Of a DNA stretch of 64,000 nucleotides, positions 13,190 through 24,630 are shown piece by piece (positions within the stretch are counted from its first letter, which is position 1; each line of letters starts with the position of its first letter). The stretch is taken from the NCBI GenBank assembly GCA_964016885.1, contig OZ024742.1:348192001-348256000 (forward strand). Reading direction: 5' to 3'. Under the pieces are notes generated by a model. That model was not told the origin of the DNA, did no database searches, and saw only the letters and a program-made list of their open reading frames with translations. Position numbers and translations under genes: made by a program. The DNA comes from Eledone cirrhosa. Taxonomy: Eukaryota.

Positions 13190-13325
13190 GCTGAATTGGT
13201 ACTTTTTTTTTATCAACCTCAAAAGGATGAAGGGCAAAGTCAACCATCGCAGATTTTGAATTCGGGGTACAGATAGCTGGAATGAAGACTGCAAAGAATT
13301 CTATCATATGTTCTAACAATTCTTT
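13190..13325 (-). mobile_element. Degenerate Nin/Deu-like SINE
   Basis: ggtactttt...tatcaacctcaaaaggatgaagggcaaagtcaacc. Confidence 0.65.
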
Positions 13326-14093
13326 GTTTGGGTTGTTTAAAAAAAATCCCACATTGTATAATATAATGTAGTTCGAGATTATATAATATCTGGAAAGACA
13401 AAAATAATTGAATAAAAGCTAGGAGGGTGTTGATGACCTTTGATTGTATGTTTGCTGTTTAATGGGGCATGACACTGGGCTAAACAGCAACAACAGCCTA
13501 ACAACAGCACTAACAACAATAAATAATTTCACTGCGGACTAAATAGATTATTCATATTTGATGTTTATGTTCCATTGCCATGCAATATCATGATCTTGAC
13601 ACATGCTGCATAAAGTTGTTGAGAGAGAGAAAGAGTGGATAGAGAGAGGGAGAGGGGATAGAGAGAGATTGTGTTAACAGTGGCAACAGCCTGACCTGAC
13701 CTGCCAGAAATAGTTGACAAAACATGCCTTAATTCAGATGTTTAGTAACAATTTATTCAATACAAAAAATCTCATAATGTCACGAAAAACCATTGACATT
13801 ATATAAAAATAATTGAGTAGATTTTGTAACATAAAACAAAATACACTATTAAAGGGTACAGAAATAAAGAAAAAAAACAGAAAATGAAAAGGTGAAAAAG
13901 AAAGAAGGATCAAGCAGTGAAAGGAAGGAGGGAGGGGCAGTCACGACACCCCAGTTCTGAGACATGCCTCAGTCATGTCCTGTGGACAAAATGTCCTCAA
14001 AACAAATAAAAAAAACTCTCATGAGAGCTGGACAGTAGAAGGTCTTCATAGAAGAATCCCCCTCCCCCCTCAAGCGAGTGTTTAAGCCTTTAA

Positions 14094-14314
14094 CCCTTTT
14101 GCATTTAAACCGGCCATATCTGGCCAGAATTCTCTCACCTCTTTCTGGTCAAACTGACCATAACCGGCAGCTCATACTAATGTTAAGGTATTGTTCTCAA
14201 AATAAATAATATCAAAATCTCATAGATTCAATATTATGTGAGATAATTATGTCAGGTAAAGTGTTTACTGTGAAAATACAATAGTATATATACAGTAATG
14301 TAAATGCTAAAGGG
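14094..14314. mobile_element. piggyBac-type MITE, copy 2
   Basis: 14-bp TIRs (13/14 match) ccctttTgcattta / taaatgctaaaggg, with TTAA duplications at 14090-14093 and 14315-14318. Confidence 0.9.
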
Positions 14315-14344
14315 TTAACTTGGCTGGAACATTCTCTTGAGGTG

Positions 14345-17300
14345 GGGTTTCTTCTCTAAAGAACTACTGTCCAGCTCTCCTGAGAGTTTCTTCTCTAAAG
14401 ACCTTATACTGCCCAGATCTCCTGATAGTTTCTTCTCTAAAGACTTTCTACTGCCCAACTCTCCTGAGAGTTTCTGCTCTAAAGACCTACTGCCCAGCTC
14501 CCCTGAGAGTTTCTTCACTAAAGACATTCTACTGCCCAGTTCTCCTGACAGTTTCTTCTCTAAAGCCCTTCTACTGCCCAGCTCTCCTGAAATTTTCTTC
14601 TCTAAAGACCTTCTACTTCCCAACTCTCCTGAGAGTTTCTTCTCTAAAGACCTGCCCAGCTCACTTGACAGTTTCTTCTCTAAAGACCTTCTACTGTCCA
14701 GCTTCCCTGACAGTTTCTTCTCTAAAGACCTTCTACTGTCCAGCTCCCCTGACAGTTTCTTCTCTAAAGACCTTCTACTGTCAGGCTGTACTGATAGTTT
14801 CTTTTCTAAAGACCTTCTACTGCCAATGTCTCCTGACAGTTTCTTCTCTAAAGACCTGCCCAGCTCTACTGAGAGTTTCTTCTCTAAAGACCTACTGTCC
14901 AGCTCCCCTGACAGTTTATTCTCTAAAGACCTTCTACTACCCAGCTCTCCTGACAGTTTCTTCTCTAAAGATCTCCTACTGCCCAAGTCTCCTGAGAGTT
15001 TCTTCTCTAAAGACCTTCTACTGCCCAGCTCTCCTGACAGTTTCTTCTCCAAAGGCCTTCTACTATCCAGCTCTCCTGAGTGTTTCTTCTCTGAAGATCT
15101 TCTTCTGCCCAGCTCTCCTAAGAGTTTCTTCTCTATAGACCTTCTACTTTCCAGCTCTCCTGAGAGTTTCTTCTCCAAAGACCTTCTACTGCCCAGCTCT
15201 CCTGAGAGTTTCTTTTATAAAGAACTTCTACTGCCCAGTTCTCCTGACAGTTTCTTCTCTAAAGACCTTCTACTGCCCAGATCTCCTGAGAGTTTCTTCT
15301 CTAAAGACCTACTGTCCAGCTCCCCTGACAGTTTCTTCTCTAAAGACCTTCTACTACCCAGCTCTCCTGACAGTTTCTTCTCTAAAGATCTCCTACTGCC
15401 CAAGTCTCCTGAGAGTTTCTTCTCTGAACATCTTCTGTCCAGCTCTCCTAAGAGTTTCTTCTCTAAAGACCTTCTACTGTCCAGCTCTACTGAGAGATTC
15501 TTGTCTTAAGACGTGCCCAGCTCTCCTGAGAGTTTCTTCTCTGAAGACGTTCTACTGCCCACCTCTCCTGATAGTTACTTCTCTGAAGACCTTCTACTGC
15601 CCAGCTCTCCTGACAGTTTCTTCTCCAAAGGCCTTCTACTATCCAGTTCTCCTGAGAGTTTCTTCTCTGAAGATCTTCTTCTGCCCAGCTCTCCTAAGAG
15701 TTTCTTCTCTATAGACCTTCTACTTTCCAGCTCTCCTGAGAGTTTCTTCTCCAAAGGCCTTCTACTGTCCAGCTCTCCTGAGAGTTTCTTCTCTAAAGAC
15801 CTACTGCCCAGCATTCCTGACAGTTCCTTCTCTAAAGGCCTTCTACTATCCAGCTCTCCTGAGAGTTTCTTCTCAAAAGATATTCTACTGCCCAGCACAC
15901 CTGACAGTTTCTTCTCTAAAGATCTTCTACTGCCCAGATCTACTGAGAGTTTCTTCTCTAAAGACCTTCTATTGCCCAGTTCTCCTGACAGTTTCTTCTC
16001 TAAAGACCTACTGCCCAGCTCTCCTGAGAGTTTCTTTTATAAAGAACTTCTACTGCCCAGTTCTCCTGACAGTTTCTTCTCTAAAGACCTTCTACTGCAC
16101 AGCTCTAATGACAGTTTCTTCTCTAAAGACCTTCTCATGTCCAGCTCTCTTGAGAGTTTCTTCTCTAAAGACATTGTACTGCCCACCTCAACTGACAGTT
16201 GTTTCTCTAAAGATTTTCTACTGCCCAGGTCTCTTGACAGTTTCTTCTCTAAAGACCTTCTACTGCCCAGCTCTCCTGACAGTTTCTTCTCTAAAGACCT
16301 TCTACTGCCCAGCTCTCCTGAGAGTTTTTTCTCTAAAGACCTTTTACTGCCCAGCTCTCCTGAGAGTTTCTTCTCTAAAAACCTTCTCCTGCCCAGCTCT
16401 CCTAAGAGTTTCTTCTGTAAAGACCTTCTACTGTCCAACCCTCCTGACAGTTCCTTCTCTAAAGACCTTCTACTGTCCAGCTCTACTGAGAGATTCTTGT
16501 CTTAAGACGTGCCCAGCTCTCCTGAGAGTTTCTTCTCTGAAGACGTTCTACTGCCCACCTCTCCTGATAGTTACTTCTCTGAAGACCTTCTACTGCCCAG
16601 CTCTCCTGACAGTTTCTTCTCCAAAGGCCTTCTACTATCCAGTTCTCCTGAGAGTTTCTTCTCTGAAGATCTTCTTCTGCCCAGCTCTCCTAAGAGTTTC
16701 TTCTCTATAGACCTTCTACTTTCCAGCTCTCCTGAGAGTTTCTTCTCCAAAGGCCTTCTACTGTCCAGCTCTCCTGAGAGTTTCTTCTCTAAAGACCTAC
16801 TGCCCAGCATTCCTGACAGTTCCTTCTCTAAAGGCCTTCTACTATCCAGCTCTCCTGAGAGTTTCTTCTCAAAAGATATTCTACTGCCCAGCACACCTGA
16901 CAGTTTCTTCTCTAAAGATCTTCTACTGCCCAGATCTACTGAGAGTTTCTTCTCTAAAGACCTTCTATTGCCCAGTTCTCCTGACAGTTTCTTCTCTAAA
17001 GACCTACTGCCCAGCTCTCCTGAGAGTTTCTTTTATAAAGAACTTCTACTGCCCAGTTCTCCTGACAGTTTCTTCTCTAAAGACCTTCTACTGCCCAGAT
17101 CTCCTGACAGTTTCTTCTCTAAAGACCTTCTACTGCACAGCTCTAATGACAGTTTCTTCTCTAAAGACCTTCTCATGTCCAGCTCTCTTGAGAGTTTCTT
17201 CTCTAAAGACATTGTACTGCCCACCTCAACTGACAGTTGTTTCTCTAAAGATTTTCTACTGCCCAGGTCTCCTGACAGTTTCTTCTCTAAAGACCTTCTA

Positions 17301-20300
17301 CTGCCCAGCTCTCCTGACAGTTTCTTCTCTAAAGACCTTCTACTGCCCAGCTCTCCTGAGAGTTTTTTCTCTAAAGACCTTTTACTGCCCAGCTCTCCTG
17401 AGAGTTTCTTCTCTAAAGACCTTCTCCTGCCCAGCTCTCCTAAGAGTTTCTTCTGTAAAGACCTTCTACTGTCCAACCCCCCTGACAGTTCCTTCTCTAA
17501 AGACCTTCTACTGTCCAGCTCTACTGAGAGATTCTTGTCTTAAGACGTGCCCAGCTCTCCTGAGAGTTTCTTCTCTGAAGACGTTCTACTGCCCACCTCT
17601 CCTGATAGTTACTTCTCTGAAGACCTTCTACTGCCCAGCTCTCCTGACAGTTTTTTCTCTAAAGACCTACTGTTCAGCTCTCCTGACAGTTTCTTCTGTA
17701 AAGACCTTCTACTGTCCAACCCTCCTGACAGTTCCTTCTCTAAAGACCTTCTACTGCCCAGCTCTCCTGACAGTTTCTTCTCTAAAGACCTTCTATTGCC
17801 CATCTCTCCTGACAGTTTCTTCTTGAAAGACCTACTACTGCCCAGCTCTCCTAAGAGTTTCTTCTCTAAAGACCTTCTACTGTCCAGCTCTCCTGACAGT
17901 TTCTTCTCTAAAGACCTACTGCCCAGCTCTCCTGACAGTTTCTTCTTTAAAGACCTTCTACTGTCCAGCTCTCCTGAGAGTTTCTTCTCTAAAGGCCTTC
18001 TACTGCCCAGCTCTCCTGACAGTTTCTTCTCTAAAGACCTTCTACTGCCCAGCTCTCCTGACAGTTTCTTCTCTAAAGACCTTCTACTGCCCAGCTCTCC
18101 TGACAGTTTCTTCTCTAAAGACCTTCTACTGTCCAGCTCTCCTGACAGTTTCTTCTCTAAAGACCTTCTACTGCCCAGCTCTCCTGACAGTTTCTTCTCT
18201 AAAGACCTTCTACTGTCCAGCTCTCCTGAGAGTTTCTTCTCTAAAGGCCTTCTACTGCCCAGCTGTCCTGACAGTTTCTTCTCTAAAGACCTTCTACTGC
18301 CCAGCTCTCCTGACAGTTTCTTCTCTAAAGACCTACTGTTCAGCTCTCCTGACAGTTTCTTCTGTAAAGACCTTCTACTGTCCAACCCTCCTGACAGTTC
18401 CTTCTCTAAAGACCTTCTACTGCCCAGCTCTCCTGACAGTTTCTTCTCTAAAGACCTTCTATTGCCCATCTCTCCTGACAGTTTCTTCTCGAAAGACTTA
18501 CTACTGCCCAGCTCTCCTAAGAGTTTCTTCTCTAAAGACCTTCTACTGTCCAGCTCTCCTGACAGTTTCTTCTCTAAAGACCTTCTACTGCCCAGCTCTC
18601 CTGACAGTTTCTTCTCTAAAGACCTTCTACTGTCCAGCTCTCCTGAGAGTTTCTTCTCTAAAGGCCTTCTACTGCCCAGCTCTCCTGACAGTTTCTTCTC
18701 TAAAGACGTTCTACTGCCCAGCTCTCCTGACAGTTTCTTCTCTAAAGACCTTCTACTGCCCAGCTCTCCTGACAGTTTCTTCTCTAAAGACCTTCTACTG
18801 CCCAGCTCTCCTGACAGTTTCTTCTCTAAAGACCTTCTATTGCCCATCTCTCCTGACAGTTTCTTCTCTAAAGACCTTCTACTGCCCAGCTCTCCTGACA
18901 GTTTCTTCTCTAAAGACCTTCTACTGTCCAGCTCTCCTGAGAGTTTCTTCTCTAAAGGCCTTCTACTGCCCAGCTCTCCTGACAGTTTCTTCTCTAAAGA
19001 CCTTCTACTGCCCAGCTCTCCTGACAGTTTCTTCTCTAAAGACCTACTGTTCAGCTCTCCTGACAGTTTCTTCTGTAAAGACCTTCTACTGTCCAACCCT
19101 CCTGACAGTTTCTTCTCTAAAGACCTTCTACTGCCCAGCTCTCCTGACAGTTTCTTCTCTAAAGACCTTCTATTGCCCATCTCTCCTGACAGTTTCTTCT
19201 CTAAAGACCTTCTACTGCCCAGCTCTCCTGACAGTTTCTTCTCTAAAGACCTTCTACTGTCCAGCTCTCCTGAGAGTTTCTTCTCTAAAGGCCTTCTACT
19301 GCCCAGCTCTCCTGACAGTTTCTTCTCTAAAGACCTTCTACTGCCCAGCTCTCCTGACAGTTTCTTCTCTAAAGGCCTTCTACTGCCCAGCTCTCCTGAC
19401 AGTTTCTTCTCTAAAGACCTTCTACTGCCCAGCTCTCCTGACAGTTTCTTCTCTAAAGGCCTTCTACTGCCCAGCTCTCCTGACAGTTTCTTCTCTAAAG
19501 ACCTTCTACTGCCCAGCTCTCCTGACAGTTTCTTCTCTAAAGACCTACTGTTCAGCTCTCCTGACAGTTTCTTCTGTAAAGACCTTCTACTGTCCAACCC
19601 TCCTGACAGTTCCTTCTCTAAAGACCTTCTATTGCCCATCTCTCCTGACAGTTTCTTCTCGAAAGACCTACTACTGCCCAGCTCTCCTAAGAGTTTCTTC
19701 TCTAAAGACCTTCTACTGTCCAGCTCTCCTGACAGTTTCTTCTCTAAAGACCTTCTACTGCCCAGCTCTCCTGACAGTTTCTTCTCTAAAGACCTTCTAC
19801 TGTCCAGCTCTCCTGAGAGTTTCTTCTCTAAAGGCCTTCTACTGCCCAGCTCTCCTGACAGTTTCTTCTCTAAAGACCTTCTACTGCCCAGCTCTCCTGA
19901 CAGTTTCTTCTCTAAAGACCTTCTACTGTCCAGCTCTTCTGAGAGTTTCTTCTCTAAAGGCCTTCTACTGCCCAGCTCTCCTGACAGTTTCTTCTCTAAA
20001 GACCTTCTACTGTCCAGCTCTCCTGAGAGTTTCTTCTCTAAAGGCCTTCTACTGCCCAGCTCTCCTGACAGTTTCTTCTCTAAAGACCTTCTACTGCCCA
20101 GCTCTCCTGACAGTTTCTTCTCTAAAGACCTTCTACTGTCCAGCTATCCTGAGAGTTTCTTCTCTAAAGGCCTTCTACTGCCCAGCTCTCCTGACAGTTT
20201 CTTCTCTAAAGACCTTCTACTGTCCAGCTCTCCTGAGAGTTTCTTCTCTAAAGGCCTTCTACTGCCCAGCTCTCCTGACAGTTTCTTCTCTAAAGACCTT

Positions 20301-20958
20301 CTACTGCCCAGCTCTCCTGACAGTTTCTTCTCTAAAGACCTTCTACTGCCCAGCTCTCCTGACAGTTTCTTCTCTAAAGACCTTCTACTGTCCAGCTCTC
20401 CTGAGAGTTTCTTCTCTAAAGGCCTTCTACTGCCCAGCTCTCCTGACAGTTTCTTCTCTAAAGACCTTCTACTGTCCAGCTCTCCTGAGAGTTTCTTCTC
20501 TAAAGGCCTTCTACTGCCCAGCTCTCCTGACAGTTTCTTCTCTAAAGACCTTCTATTGCCCATCTCTCCTGACAGTTTCTTCTCTAAAGACCTTCTACTG
20601 CCCAGCTCTCCTGACAGTTTCTTCTCTAAAGACCTTCTACTGTCCAGCTCTCCTGAGAGTTTCTTCTCTAAAGGCCTTCTACTGCCCAGCTCTCCTGACA
20701 GTTTCTTCTCTAAAGACCTTCTACTGCCCAGCTCTCCTGACAGTTTCTTCTCTAAAGACCTTCTATTGCCCATCTCTCCTGACAGTTTCTTCTCTAAAGA
20801 CCTTCTACTGCCCAGCTCTCCTGACAGTTTCTTCTCTAAAGACCTTCTACTGCCCAGCTCTCCTGACAGTTTCTTCTCTAAAGACCTTCTATTGCCCATC
20901 TCTCCTGACAGTTTCTTCTCGACAGACCTACTACTGCCCAGCTCTCCTAAGAGTTTCT
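14345..20958. repeat. 42-bp tandem array (ctctcctgacagtttcttctctaaagaccttctactgcccag)n with ~1-kb higher-order duplications
   Basis: About 160 units including 39- and 36-bp variants. A diagnostic variant block recurs at about 15490, 16490 and 17525. Confidence 0.97.
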
Positions 20959-21256
20959 GACCACAGTTGAAGATGTTTTGTTTGCAGGGCACAACATTCT
21001 CAACAGCGGTAAGAAACAGAAAACAACAACAATAAAATAACAACAAAGCCATCCACAACAAAGTTTTATGTCTGTGGCACTATAGATATGGAAGGGGGAT
21101 AGAAAGTTGATTACTGAGAAATGACTGTTCAGGTGAAAGTGGGGACACTTCAGTACCAATTACACCTGCTTTATACTAGTTACACCTGTAATTACATGGA
21201 CCAGCTGTTCTATGGTTTAAAAGACTGGAATACTTGACATGATGACTGATAGACGT

Positions 21257-22194
21257 CACACACATACACACTCCTACACACACATACTCACACACACTCC
21301 CACACACACATACTCACACACTCACACACACACTCACACACACACACTCACACACATACTCACACACACACACATACTCACACACTCACACACACACTCA
21401 CACATATGCTCACACACTCACACATATGCTCACACACTCACACACACACACATACTCACACATATACTGACACACTCACACGCACTCACACACACACACA
21501 TACTCTCACACACACACTCACACATACCCATACACACACACACACACAATCACACATATACTCGCACACACACACGCACTCACACACACACTCACACACA
21601 CTCACACATACACATGCACTCACACACACACTCACACACACACTCACATAATCACACACACACATACTCACATACTCATACACATACACACAAACATACT
21701 CACACACACTCACACACACATAGACACTCACACACACACACAGACACTCACACACAAAGTTACTCACACACACACACAGAGAAACAGAGACACACTCACA
21801 CCTACTCATACACATACACTCACACTCTCACACACTCATACACACAAACACCCCCACACACACTCATATCTACATAGACTCACATGAACACATTCACACT
21901 CACATGCCACCCACCCCGTGCACCACTATATAGACAGAGAGAGTGATAACTAGAATGGAAAAGAGAATGAGAGAGAGGGAGGGAGAGAGAAAGAAAAAAA
22001 GAGAGAGGATGAGAGGGAGGGAGAGAGAAAGAAAGGGAGAGAGGGAGAGAGAGAGAACGAGAGAGAGAGAGAACGAGAGGGAGAGAGAGAGGGAGAGATT
22101 AGGAGAGAAAAAGAAAGAGAGGGAGAGAGAAATAAATAAAGAGAGGGAAGGGGGAAGAGAGAGAAAGAGAGAGAGAGAACAAGAGAGAGAGAAC

Positions 22195-22226
<32 letters not shown>

Positions 22227-22665
22227 TAAAGAAAGAGAGAAAGAGAGGGAGAGATAGTGGACAGTTGTATGTGTGTGAGATGTATGTCCTCTCAAATGAG
22301 ACAACAGACGATAAAGGTGAGAGGAAGATTGTCTGGAATGAAGGACTTCTCAGAGATGGAAGAATCTCATATTGACAAACTATAATAATCTCTTCTAGAG
22401 GTGAATATTGAAATTAGGTTTAACTTCAGATGAGGCCACAATAAAGTAATAAACCAATGTTTGATAATACAACAACAACATCAACTTCAACAACGTCACC
22501 ACCACCACCACCAACAACAACAACACCACCACTATCTCCACCACCATCGTCACCATCACCACCACCATCGTCACCACCACCAACCACCATCACCACCACT
22601 ACCATCGTCACCACCATCACCATCACCACCACTATCGTCACCACCACCACCACCACCACCACAAT
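21257..22665. repeat. Compound microsatellites (CA)n, (GA)n, (CAC/CAA)n
   Basis: Blocks at about 21257-21900, 21935-22255 and 22468-22662. Confidence 0.95.
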
Positions 22666-22767
22666 CGCAAATACAAGCTGGAATTGATAGCTTTTCCCCT
22701 TTCTTTTTCTTGTATTGATTATATATTTATAAGGTTCTTAACAATAAGTAATTGATTATATGTATGT

Positions 22768-23735
22768 AAAAAAGGACATATCCTGAACACTATATATCTT
22801 TCTGCAATCGGACCTGGACATAATGCAGCAATGGATCACAGACTGGCAACTCAAGCTAGCTGTGGGCAAGTGTGCCACCATGCATCTTGAGGGTAAAACC
22901 CCAGCAGCCACATACTTCCTCCACAACACTAATATCAAGAAGTCTTCTTGTGAACGTGACCTGGGCATTGTCAGCAGCGATTTGCGGTGGACAAAGCACG
23001 TCTCTAAAATTGTCAATAAGGCCGAGGGTGTTTTGGCATCACTCAGCAAAACCTTTGTCAGTCAGTCTCCAGCCATCTATTTAAAGCTGTATATAGCTAT
23101 GGTGCGTCTACACTTAGAATTTGCATCACCAGTCTGGAACCCCTATCTTGCTCAGAACATTGACCGCCTGGAAACTGTTCAGAGACGTGCAACCAAACAA
23201 ATACCCTCCATCAGGCATCTACCATACTCTGAACGCCTTGCTTCATTGGGCATGGATACATTGAAGCTCCAGCATCTGGTAACTGACTTGGTAAACACCC
23301 ACAAAATTATCAACCATCTTGGGCATCAGTTGTTAGCTGTCGAAACATTGCATCCTTCAAAACCTCCATGGAACAAACTACCTGCATCAGTTGTTAACTG
23401 TCAAGACACTGCATCCTTCAAAACCTCCATGGAACAAACTACCTGCATCAGTTGTTAGCTGTCGAGACACTGCATCCTTTAAAACCTCCATGGAACAAAC
23501 TACCTGCATCAGTTGTTAGCTGTCGAGACACTGCATCCTTTAAAACCTCCATGCTCCCTGAGATTCGCCAACAATACACCCGATGTCCCCCCCTCCACAC
23601 ACACACACACATGTATATCATGACTCATACACTGTTCACTTTCCTGACATTTGTACATTATTCTATGTACTATACATGCACTTTTGATGAGTTGTAGTGC
23701 ACCTGAGCACTGTACACAATAATTTCATTATTATT
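22768..23735 (+). mobile_element. CR1-clade LINE 3' fragment, same family as 4455-6290
   Basis: MQQWITDWQLKLAVGKC...VRLHLEFASPVWNPY, matching 3'UTR and (ATT)n tail, plus an internal 61-bp tandem duplication. Confidence 0.92.
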
Positions 23736-24630
23736 GTTCTTTGAGTCTCAGTCATTGATGTTATTTAACTGGAAAGTTTGTTGAAATGAATATCAAGCAG
23801 CCGCAGATATTCAGGACGTATCGGAGGGTTCTTGCTGTTCCCAGCAAGCATGCTTTTTGAAGTGTTCCAAAAAGCGGGGCTGGACTAATCTTCTTTAACC
23901 ATCCTTGGAAACTCTTTGAGATAGTACCTAGTGCGCCTATGACAAACGGGACGACCTTGATTTCATGGCAGTTCCAAATCCTTTTTAACTCCCACTTTAA
24001 GTCCTGGTATCGGTTAATTTTCTCCCTCTCCCTTTCTTGCACTCTCGTGTCGAATGCGCAGGCTACATCTACAATCAGGCACGATGTTTTTTCCTTGTCC
24101 AAAACTACCAGGTCAGGCCTATTGTGTTCTAACTTCTTGTCCGTCTGTATCCTAAAATCCCATAGCACCTTCTCCTGATCGTTTTCTATCACCGACTCTG
24201 GCTTATGCTCATACCACTTCTCAGAATGTGGTAAATTGTTTACTTTACATAGTTGCTAGTGGATCACCCTGCCCATCACATCATGTCTCCAGCTTTTATA
24301 GTGAATCTGGGCTAGGTGTTTACACTCGGATACAATGTGAGCCACAGTCTCCTCTCTCTCTCCACAGATCCCACACAGTGAGCTAGCCTCCTTGTAAATA
24401 TGGTGTTTCACACCCACTTCGTTCTGAGGGCCTGCTCTTGCGTAGCCATTAGCATTCCTTCTGTAGCTTTTTTAAGGTCTCCTCGTTTTAACCAGTTCCA
24501 TGTCTGTGGATCTCTAAATTCAGTTTTCTCAAAGAAGGTACTATGAAGGGATTTTTCATGAAGGTTGCTCTTCCTCCTTGTTATTTCCTCCTTGGACATC
24601 CCCTGGTCTATTGTCCTCTCCTTCAGTACA
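23736..24630 (-). mobile_element. R4/Dong-like (RLE-type) non-LTR retrotransposon, 3' part
   Basis: TEGMLMATQEQALRT, a CxxC-H-C knuckle region and the restriction-like endonuclease motif LWDFRIQTDKKLEHNRPDLVVLD...IVDV. Confidence 0.88.

Noticed and set aside
14337-20960. Plus-strand Ser/Leu/Phe-rich ORFs up to 1137 aa
   Set aside because: Translation of the 42-bp array with non-ATG starts and no unique domain.
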